Part shown: piece by piece, positions 4,341-11,102 of the stretch
Numbering within the stretch: the first letter of the stretch is position 1
How the letters are laid out: each line of letters starts with the position of its first letter
Program-made: the position numbers and the translations under genes
DNA from: Pseudomonadota bacterium
GTDB lineage: Bacteria; Pseudomonadota; Gammaproteobacteria; Steroidobacterales; JBCCFQ01
NCBI GenBank assembly: GCA_039029655.1
Contig: JBCCFQ010000052.1
Location: 1 to 11,102, forward strand
DNA: 11,102 nt
Reading direction: 5' to 3'
The notes under the pieces: model-generated
Databases searched by the model: none
Seen by the model: the letters and a program-made list of their open reading frames with translations, nothing else
Told to the model about the DNA's origin: nothing

Positions 4341-4907
4341 ATGACAATGAGAATTCTAAAATTAGATGTAGGCGGACGTCCTATCGCGTGGATTACACGG
4401 GAAGATGGGGCGCTGTTGTATTGCCGTGACCAGGTAGCATGGGAAGCGGGTGTTGAGGAAGCCATATTACGAGGCGGATACTCCCGTCGCACTGGACTGC
4501 GTTCAACGCTTCGGGTGAACTCAATTCTTGCCACAACGTCCGTGGACAAAGGCGCGGACGATTGGGCAGGTACCCCGGCACTGACCAACGCCCGTCTTTT
4601 TCGCAGAGATGATTACATGTGCCTGTACTGTGGCGAGGTATTGTCGCCGCGACTGCTTACACGTGATCACATCATTCCGGTCTCTGGCGGAGGCAAGGAT
4701 GAATGGGAAAACGTCGTGACGGCATGCCGACCCTGCAATCATCGCAAAGACAACGGTCGTCTTGAGGATATTGGAATGAGGCTACTGGCCGTTCCCTACG
4801 CACCCAATCGTGCGGAAGGACTAATTTTGGAAAATCGTCGTATCCTTAACGATCAAATGGAGTTTTTAAGGGCTCGAGTTGGCACAAAAAGTCGGCTGCG
4901 AGTTTAG
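4341..4907 (+). CDS. HNH-family endonuclease (N-terminal domain + C-terminal HNH nuclease motif)
   Basis: The ORF 4275..4907 has a likely start at ATG 4341, preceded by GGGGAAAG. In-frame ATGs at 4275 and 4320 are alternatives. The C-terminus carries a classic HNH signature: CLYCG...RDHIIPVSGGGKDEWENVVTACRPCNHRK. Stop is TAG at 4907. Confidence 0.85.
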   Translation: MTMRILKLDVGGRPIAWITREDGALLYCRDQVAWEAGVEEAILRGGYSRRTGLRSTLRVNSILATTSVDKGADDWAGTPALTNARLFRRDDYMCLYCGEVLSPRLLTRDHIIPVSGGGKDEWENVVTACRPCNHRKDNGRLEDIGMRLLAVPYAPNRAEGLILENRRILNDQMEFLRARVGTKSRLRV

Positions 4908-4924
4908 TAAATAGAGGAAGCATC

Positions 4925-6334
4925 ATGTCTTACTTACAACAAGTTGAAAAAGTATCAGAAGCACACTACGTGTTGCCCAAGATTGGCGACATGCGTGTCG
5001 AGGTGCACGCCTATCTATCAGATACTTTGTTCGCACAAACCGATGAAGCCTTGTGGCGTCAAGCGGCACAAGCCGCCGCCTATCCTGGGATGCTGGGTCT
5101 GTATCTTATGCCGGATACTCACCTTGGCTATGGTATTCCCGTGGGTGGCGTGGCAGTTACCGAAGACGTGATCATTCAAGCCGGTAGTGGTTACGACATC
5201 TCTTGTGGTGTTGTCTATCTCAAAGTGCCAGGCCTAACGGCTGTAGACATTGCCGATTGGGACAAGCGTCGACGCTGGATTGATGATGTTGAGTTGCGAA
5301 TCGCGACCGGCGTCGGTAGCCACCGTCCCAAGCATATGCCCACCCTATCGGATAAGAAGATTGAGGATATCTTCCGATACGGTGCTCAGGCTATTGGAGT
5401 TCGTGCCGATGTTTGTGAACGTCAGTACATTCCAGTGGATGAATCTGCTCTTGATACCGATCGAATCAAACGGGCGCGAGATAAAGCAAACCCGCAAATT
5501 GGTTCGGTGGGTGGTGGTAACCACTTCGTTGAGATGCAGGTTGATGTCAACGACGGCTCAGTATGGGTGATGATTCATTGCGGCAGTCGCGGTTATGGTT
5601 GGCAAACGGCCAACCACTACTTCTATCAAGGTGCGGAACATCGCGGCCTAGCGAAGAACCGCCGTGAAGAGTCTTGGTTGCGGGCAGATGAACCCTTGGG
5701 TCGTGAATACTGGGCCCATCATAACTCTGCCGCCAACTATGCTGTGGCCAACCGACACATCATTGTGCGGGGTGTGCAAAAGGCTTTGGAGAACGTCTTC
5801 AATGCTAGGGGTGAAGTTTTCTATGAAATTTCACACAACCTGGTGCAAGAAGAAACCTTAGTTCTGCCCGATGGCACCACCAAGAAAGGTTTTGTTCATC
5901 GCAAAGGCGCTACCCGCGCGTTTCCGGCTGGACACCCAGACTTGGTGGGTACCAAATGGGAAAAAACAGGTCATCCATGCCTAGTACCTGGCTCCATGTT
6001 GGACGGTGCCGCTATTTTGTATCCGCTGAAAGGCGCGTACCAATCAGGTTGTTCGGTGAATCATGGTTCAGGCCGAGTCATGGCGCGTGGTAAGGCTAAG
6101 CGAGAGCTTGCCGACAAGCACGACGACATCGATGCCGAAATGCGTTATATCAAGCGCACACTAGGTGGTGTGGAGGTACAAGGCATTGTGGGTAACACCC
6201 GTCGTACACCGCTGGACGAATGCGGTCACGTTTATAAGGACTTAGATGAGGTGCTGCGAGTTCTGGAAACAGAAGGGATCGCCAAAGTAGCAAACCGGCT
6301 ATACCCGGTTGCCAACATCAAGGGCACCGACTAA
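4925..6334 (+). CDS. rtcB: RtcB-family RNA 3'-phosphate/2',3'-cyclic phosphate to 5'-OH ligase
   Basis: The ORF is 469 aa. The RBS GAGGAAG lies 4 nt before ATG 4925. Conserved RtcB metal and GTP-binding blocks are present: MPDTHLGYGIPVGGV, GSGYDISCGV, GGGNHFVE, HCGSRGYG, SHNL and HRKGATRA. Confidence 0.93.
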   Translation: MSYLQQVEKVSEAHYVLPKIGDMRVEVHAYLSDTLFAQTDEALWRQAAQAAAYPGMLGLYLMPDTHLGYGIPVGGVAVTEDVIIQAGSGYDISCGVVYLKVPGLTAVDIADWDKRRRWIDDVELRIATGVGSHRPKHMPTLSDKKIEDIFRYGAQAIGVRADVCERQYIPVDESALDTDRIKRARDKANPQIGSVGGGNHFVEMQVDVNDGSVWVMIHCGSRGYGWQTANHYFYQGAEHRGLAKNRREESWLRADEPLGREYWAHHNSAANYAVANRHIIVRGVQKALENVFNARGEVFYEISHNLVQEETLVLPDGTTKKGFVHRKGATRAFPAGHPDLVGTKWEKTGHPCLVPGSMLDGAAILYPLKGAYQSGCSVNHGSGRVMARGKAKRELADKHDDIDAEMRYIKRTLGGVEVQGIVGNTRRTPLDECGHVYKDLDEVLRVLETEGIAKVANRLYPVANIKGTD

Positions 6335-6347
6335 GGTGCCCTTTTTT
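6322..6347 (+). terminator. rho-independent terminator of the rtcB gene
   Basis: A perfect 7-bp stem GGGCACC/GGTGCCC with loop GACTAA overlaps the TAA stop. It is followed immediately by TTTTTT. Confidence 0.8.
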
Positions 6348-6552
6348 GTGGAGTGAGCTCTGCCATTGTTAAAAGACGCCTATTCGCCCAGTTTAAAGGG
6401 ACGGCGTACTTCATAAGCGTAGACAGTGCCTACGCCAAACCATCCGTGCTACTCGTGAGGGAGCTCTATCAGAAGAGTAATCCAATCGCTCTTGACTCCG
6501 CGCCATCATCGCGTCAGGCTTCTCCGCTCCACTGACTACAGGCAAAGATGCC

Positions 6553-6909
6553 ATGACAGCCCACGTTGCGAGCCTTATCAATGCTGCCCTACTCATCACC
6601 ATGTCGGCATGGGGCTATTTTTCGTCGGGTAATCCCTCTTTTACGGCCTTGATTCCCGGTGTGGTGGGGGTATTGCTGCTGGCTTGCTACAAAGGTGTCA
6701 AGGAACAAAACAAAATAGTGGCGCACATCGCGGTCCTGCTGACACTGTTGATCCTTATTGCGTTGTTTATGCCTTTAAAAGGCGCCATTGGACGAGACGA
6801 CTCCGCGGCTATCCTGCGGGTATCGATCATGCTGGCCAGCACCGTGGTCGCGTTGGTTTTTTTCATTAAGAGTTTCATCGACGCTCGAAAAAACAGGCCC
6901 CAGACTTAA
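6553..6909 (+). CDS. small integral membrane protein (about 4 predicted TM helices), function unknown
   Basis: The 118-aa ORF has four hydrophobic stretches: LINAALLITMSAWGYF, LIPGVVGVLLLACY, IAVLLTLLILIALFMPL and ILRVSIMLASTVVALVFFI. The RBS is weak. An internal ATG at 6601 is an alternative start. Confidence 0.55.
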   Translation: MTAHVASLINAALLITMSAWGYFSSGNPSFTALIPGVVGVLLLACYKGVKEQNKIVAHIAVLLTLLILIALFMPLKGAIGRDDSAAILRVSIMLASTVVALVFFIKSFIDARKNRPQT

Positions 6910-6959
6910 ATCCAAACCTTGCACCCCGATAAAGTCGTCGTAGCCTAAAACTGGCCGTT

Positions 6960-9149
6960 ATGGACCGTGTAGAAATCGTTCACCAGAACTTTCGGACTCG
7001 CCTCGCCGCTGAAGACTTCCCGCCAGGTGTTTCGCCTAAATTCAAGCTACTCAGCACCACTGAGGCGGTTAGTCTGTTTCACGCACAGGTGCTGAGCCGT
7101 CAGCTTGATCGCATCAGTCGCATGATGCAAAAATCGGGACAAGGCTTCTACACCATTGGGTCGTCCGGGCACGAAGGTATGGCGGCAGTTGCCCACGCCC
7201 TGCGACCCACGGACATCGCGTTTCTTCACTATCGTGATGCGGCGTTCCAGATCGCTCGCGCCAATCAGGTGCCGGGGCAGACTATGGCCTGGGATATGCT
7301 ACTTTCCTTTGCCTGTTCATCTGAGGATCCAACAAGTGGCGGCCGTCACAAGGTGTTGGGGTCTCGTACTCTGATGATCCCACCCCAAACTTCTACCATT
7401 GCCAGCCATCTACCCAAATCAGTGGGTATGGCTTTTGCCATTGGCGCCTGTCGTCACCGGAAACCAGAGCACCAATTGGTTTTCGACGACGCGGTCGCTT
7501 TTTGCAGTTTTGGCGACGCTTCGTTAAATCACTCAACGGCTCAAGGTGCGATAAACACCGCTTGTTGGTCATCCATCCAATCAACACCACTGCCTTTGCT
7601 CTTTGTTTGCGAGGACAACGGCATAGGCATATCCACCAAGACGCCAAAGGGATGGGTTCAGGATTCTCTCCAAGACCGTCCGGGTCTAAGGTACTTCTTC
7701 GCAGACGGACTCAATTTTTACGATACCTATCAGGTAACCAAACAGGCGGCGGAATTTGTACGTCGACTCAGAAAACCCGCGGTCATACATCTTAGAACGG
7801 TGCGTCTTTACGGCCATGCGGGTGCAGATTTAGCCACGTCTTATTTGCCAAAATCTGAAGTGGAGGCCGATGAAGCCAACGACCCATTACTTCATTCGGC
7901 GCGTCTTCTCGTGGAGAACCAGGCGTTGACCAGTGCTGATGCGCTAAAGATCTATGATGAAACAGAAGCGCGTTTACAGCGAATACGGACCCATGTGTCA
8001 ATCAGACCTCACCTCAGCTGTGCAGCTGAGGTCATGCACAGTTTGATTCCACCAAAACGCAACTGCCAGACCATCAAAGCAAAAACCGCCGATGAAAGAT
8101 CCACCGCGTTCGGCAATGACTGGCGCAGCATTGATCAACCCCAACCTATGGCCCGACTGATCAACTTCGCGCTAACGGACCTCATGTTGCAGCACCAAGA
8201 AATCACCTTGATGGGTGAAGATGTGGGGCGAAAAGGCGGCGTGTATGGCGTCACCCAAAAATTGTCTCATCGATTCGGGTCGGGCCGCATCATCGATACT
8301 CTGTTAGATGAACAGTCTATTCTCGGACTGGCCATCGGAATGGGTCAGAACGGTTTTCTACCCATTCCTGAAATTCAGTTCCTAGCCTATTTACACAACG
8401 CGGAAGATCAGCTTCGTGGGGAAGCAGCAACGCTGCCGTTTTTTTCCAACGGACAGTTTGCCAACCCCATGGTGATTCGAATTGCCGGATTGGGCTATCA
8501 AAAAGGCTTTGGCGGTCACTTCCACAACGACAATTCTTTGGCGGTGCTGCGAGACATCCCGGGGCTGGTCATCGCCTGCCCATCAAACGGGATAGATGCG
8601 GCTAAGATGTTAAGGGAGTGTGTGCGACTGGCTAGAGAAGAACAGCGGGTGGTGGTTTTCCTAGAGCCAATCGCACTTTACTCAGCAAGAGACTTGCACG
8701 AGGAGAAGGACGGACAATGGATGGGCGTATACCCCGAGCCAAACGAAACTTTACGATTGGGTGAGGTGGGTGTTCATGGTGACGGTGAGCTGGCAATTAT
8801 CAGCTATGCCAATGGTTACTACTTGTCTCGTCAAGCTCAGACTAATCTCTTACAACAAGGCATCAACACAAAGCTGATTGATCTACGTTGGCTGGCACCG
8901 TTACCTGTGGAAAACCTGTTGGACTCTCTAAGAGGGTGTGATCAGGTACTCATTGTGGATGAATGCCGCCGGACCGGTAGTCAATCGGAAGCGATCATGT
9001 CTTTGTTATACGAACAGGGGCTTCGAAGCCTGGCTCGGGTCACTGCCGAGGACAGCTTTATCGCCACGGGGCCCGCCTATGCCGCGCCCTTGCCATCTGT
9101 AGAGAAAATTATAGACGCGGCTCACCGTCTTTGTGGGGATGGATTGTGA
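6960..9149 (+). CDS. thiamine-diphosphate-dependent 2-oxoacid dehydrogenase E1 component, fused alpha/beta subunits (transketolase-like)
   Basis: The ORF is 729 aa. The N-terminal half has the E1-alpha TPP-binding motif (FGDAS...N...FVCEDNGIGIST, compare GDG...NN..YAIS). The C-terminal half has the E1-beta start (MGEDVGRKGGVYGVTQKL...GSGRIIDTLLDEQS...PEIQF) and a transketolase C-terminal-like region. Confidence 0.88.
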   Translation: MDRVEIVHQNFRTRLAAEDFPPGVSPKFKLLSTTEAVSLFHAQVLSRQLDRISRMMQKSGQGFYTIGSSGHEGMAAVAHALRPTDIAFLHYRDAAFQIARANQVPGQTMAWDMLLSFACSSEDPTSGGRHKVLGSRTLMIPPQTSTIASHLPKSVGMAFAIGACRHRKPEHQLVFDDAVAFCSFGDASLNHSTAQGAINTACWSSIQSTPLPLLFVCEDNGIGISTKTPKGWVQDSLQDRPGLRYFFADGLNFYDTYQVTKQAAEFVRRLRKPAVIHLRTVRLYGHAGADLATSYLPKSEVEADEANDPLLHSARLLVENQALTSADALKIYDETEARLQRIRTHVSIRPHLSCAAEVMHSLIPPKRNCQTIKAKTADERSTAFGNDWRSIDQPQPMARLINFALTDLMLQHQEITLMGEDVGRKGGVYGVTQKLSHRFGSGRIIDTLLDEQSILGLAIGMGQNGFLPIPEIQFLAYLHNAEDQLRGEAATLPFFSNGQFANPMVIRIAGLGYQKGFGGHFHNDNSLAVLRDIPGLVIACPSNGIDAAKMLRECVRLAREEQRVVVFLEPIALYSARDLHEEKDGQWMGVYPEPNETLRLGEVGVHGDGELAIISYANGYYLSRQAQTNLLQQGINTKLIDLRWLAPLPVENLLDSLRGCDQVLIVDECRRTGSQSEAIMSLLYEQGLRSLARVTAEDSFIATGPAYAAPLPSVEKIIDAAHRLCGDGL

Positions 9150-10177
9150 CGCGAACAGCGGTCGTAATTTGTCCAGGACGGGGAACTTACAATAAGGATG
9201 AACTTGGTTATCTAGGACGACACCACAGTGACAAAGCAACGCTTTTTCAGGCCTTTGACGCCATTCGATCCGAAAACCAACAGGAATCCATCATCGCACT
9301 AGATGGTGCCGACCGATTTTCTCTACAAAAACACACTCGAGGGGATATAGCGTCTCCTTTAATCTATGCAGCGTCCGTGGCCGATACCAGCACCCTATCC
9401 GATGACATTGAGATTGTTGCCGTTACCGGCAACTCGATGGGTTGGTACATCGCCCTAGCAGCGGGCGGTGCCGCAGAAAAAACCGACGGTTTTCGCATCG
9501 TCAATACCATGGGTGATCTGATGCAACAACAGTTGATCGGCGGCCAGATCATTTATCCGTTTGTTGATGACGCATGGGCTCCTATTGCCGGCAAAAAGAA
9601 AGCGTTGCTGGAATGCGTTGATGAAATCAACAACCACTCCGACCATAGCCTTGCCTTATCCATAGACCTTGGTGGCATGCTGGTCATTGCGGGCAATGAA
9701 GCTGGACTAAAAGCCTTTGAGAAAAGCGTACCGCAATTGCAGAATCGATTTCCCATGCGGCTACCCAACCACGCTGCATTCCATACTGAGTTACAAACAC
9801 CCGTGGCGAAACTGGGGCAAGGATTGCTGCCTGTGACCCTATTTTCCCAACCAAAGTACCCGCTTATCGATGGCCGTGGTCATGTTTGGTGGCCCAACGC
9901 CACCGACGTGGAGTCGCTACGAAACTACACCCTTGACCATCAAGTCCGAAAAACGTATGGATTTAGCCAAGCCATCCAAACGGCAGCACGGGAATTCGCG
10001 CCAGATTTGTTCATCGTCACGGGTCCCGGCACCACACTGGGAGGTGCTGTTGCCCAGTCCTTACTGCTTATCGACTGGCAAAACATGAAGACCAAGCAAG
10101 ACTTTCAGACAAGACAACAGCAAGATCCGTTTCTTATCTCCATGGGCATCCCGGAACAGCGAAGTCTCGTGACCTAA
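9146..10177 (+). CDS. acyltransferase-domain protein, malonyl-CoA:ACP transacylase (FabD)-like
   Basis: The N-terminus VVICPGRGTY resembles FabD FxFPGQGSQ. The active-site-like block GNSMGWYIALAAGG resembles GHSLGEYSALVAAG. The likely start GTG 9146 follows GGGGA and forms a GTGA overlap with the E1 stop, indicating translational coupling. An alternative ATG lies at 9131 inside the E1 gene. Confidence 0.8.
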   Translation: MTRTAVVICPGRGTYNKDELGYLGRHHSDKATLFQAFDAIRSENQQESIIALDGADRFSLQKHTRGDIASPLIYAASVADTSTLSDDIEIVAVTGNSMGWYIALAAGGAAEKTDGFRIVNTMGDLMQQQLIGGQIIYPFVDDAWAPIAGKKKALLECVDEINNHSDHSLALSIDLGGMLVIAGNEAGLKAFEKSVPQLQNRFPMRLPNHAAFHTELQTPVAKLGQGLLPVTLFSQPKYPLIDGRGHVWWPNATDVESLRNYTLDHQVRKTYGFSQAIQTAAREFAPDLFIVTGPGTTLGGAVAQSLLLIDWQNMKTKQDFQTRQQQDPFLISMGIPEQRSLVT

Positions 10178-10187
10178 GGAGTCACAG

Positions 10188-11039
10188 TCAGCGATAGATG
10201 TCGCATAATCTCGATGGTCTCGAAACCCAAATCAAAGGGACCAGTACCAGAATCAGCAATATACTCAGGCTACCTCCACCACTGCGCCGCTCCTCCGACC
10301 AGTGCACCGTGGCACGACGGCCTTGCTTGATGTGTGTTCTAAAGTTCTCTAGTTCAACTTCGAGATGGGTAACCATCTGTTGGGTGGCTTTTGCAAAGGT
10401 CTCGGTTTCCAAATGTCGAGCATCTCGAGAAGCATCCACATAAGTTGCGTTTTGTTGACCCGCCGCTTGACCAGGTGCACGAATCAATAGTTGTCCGGTG
10501 GCCACATCGAACACCGCCGTATCTACCATTGTCTGAACCTCATGGGTATTCCCTTTAACCACCAAAGCGCCAACAATGGTCCAGTACAAAATACTGCTGT
10601 CTCGCTCGCCGGAAATGGCCAGCTGATCGTATGAAACCAACGCCATAACATCGACATTGTGCATACGCGCTACTTGCTGCATACCCAGCATTCCCTTAGC
10701 GGATCGCAAATAGACTTCCGGTATCAACTGAATATCGTCAACGAATGGCCGATCAGCGAATGCCCCTTTAACTTGTTGCATCAATTGGTTCTGCGTATTG
10801 GCTGACAGGCTGTAACGATTTGACGGCACAAAGGCGACCCCAACACGCACTGGCAACTCAAGAGCCGGCATTTCTTGATTACCTCTGGGCAATTCGCCAC
10901 CGGGATATAAAAAGTCCACCAAACTACTGGACACAGAGTTGCGTTTAATTTCATTGTTGGCCCCGAGCCAAATCGAGCTACAACCCATTAACGAGATTGC
11001 GGCGGCTACACAAAACACAGTCCCAAGATACTTGTTCAC
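10188..11039 (-). CDS. rhombotarget-type lipoprotein (N-terminal lipoprotein signal peptide + C-terminal GlyGly-CTERM sorting signal)
   Basis: The minus-strand ORF is 10188..11099. The likely true start is GTG at 11039 behind GGAGG, giving MNKYLGTVFCVAAAISLMGC with lipobox LMGC. The C-terminus is SGGGS + hydrophobic helix LSILLILVLVPLIWV + basic SRPSR. This matches the GlyGly-CTERM rhombosortase sorting signal described for Vibrio/Shewanella-type bacteria. Confidence 0.8.
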   Translation of the reverse strand: MNKYLGTVFCVAAAISLMGCSSIWLGANNEIKRNSVSSSLVDFLYPGGELPRGNQEMPALELPVRVGVAFVPSNRYSLSANTQNQLMQQVKGAFADRPFVDDIQLIPEVYLRSAKGMLGMQQVARMHNVDVMALVSYDQLAISGERDSSILYWTIVGALVVKGNTHEVQTMVDTAVFDVATGQLLIRAPGQAAGQQNATYVDASRDARHLETETFAKATQQMVTHLEVELENFRTHIKQGRRATVHWSEERRSGGGSLSILLILVLVPLIWVSRPSRLCDIYR

Positions 11040-11102
11040 CAAACTGCCTCCTGATGAAAGGATTGCAAACAAACTCTCTTGGGGAGACAAAACACGCAAG
11101 AA

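Noticed and set aside
4071-4429. short overlapping ORFs (4071..4268, 4223..4429, 4104..4319 minus)
   Set aside because: They are mutually overlapping, have no RBS and are Arg/Cys-rich translations. The region is better treated as non-coding leader.
4944-5861. internal ORFs 4944..5171, 5250..5570 and 5664..5861
   Set aside because: They are out-of-frame ORFs inside the strongly supported rtcB gene.
6353-6602. 60-aa plus ORF and 63-aa minus ORF in the spacer after rtcB
   Set aside because: Neither has an RBS or recognisable features, and they overlap each other. The spacer is more likely regulatory or junction DNA.
7047-8001. minus-strand and out-of-frame ORFs inside the E1 gene
   Set aside because: They are shadow ORFs within a long, conserved coding frame.
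1-11102. CRISPR arrays, rRNA genes, transposase/IS elements
   Set aside because: No regularly spaced direct repeats, no rRNA-like conserved blocks and no transposase-like ORFs were seen. The only repeat family is the ~58-nt element reported above.

Overview
This window appears to be a tRNA-array accessory island (about 1-6350) next to ordinary chromosomal genes (about 6350-11102). I folded all tRNAs by eye with no tools, so they need tRNAscan-SE, ARAGORN or Infernal confirmation.

Island contents, in order:
- tRNA block 1 (106-1467): 12 tightly packed tRNA genes, most with an encoded 3' CCA, reading Asp, Glu, Ile, Pro, Ser(TGA), His, Ser(GCT), Arg, Gly, Met-like, Val and Phe.
- A 74-aa ORF with a strong RBS sits between tRNA-Glu and tRNA-Ile.
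- An SPFH/band-7 (stomatin/slipin-like) protein gene follows block 1, ending in a terminator.
- tRNA block 2 (3176-4024) holds Arg, Gln, Lys and several non-canonical tRNA-like genes. These include two type-I tRNAs with Leu anticodons (TAA and TAG), a tRNA-like gene with a 9-nt anticodon loop, and a candidate tRNA interrupted by an insert.
- A ~58-60-nt structured element occurs twice inside block 2.
- Directly downstream are an HNH endonuclease gene, an RtcB RNA ligase gene and a strong terminator.

The strongest lead is the combination of interrupted or odd tRNAs, the repeated insert, the HNH endonuclease and RtcB. It may be a tRNA repair or splicing-like module.

Chromosomal part, left to right: a small 4-TM membrane protein, a fused alpha/beta TPP-dependent 2-oxoacid dehydrogenase E1, an acyltransferase (FabD-like) translationally coupled to the E1 gene, and a convergent rhombotarget-type lipoprotein on the minus strand. 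That lipoprotein has an N-terminal lipobox and a C-terminal GlyGly-CTERM, which suggests a Vibrio/Shewanella/Alteromonas-like gammaproteobacterial host.
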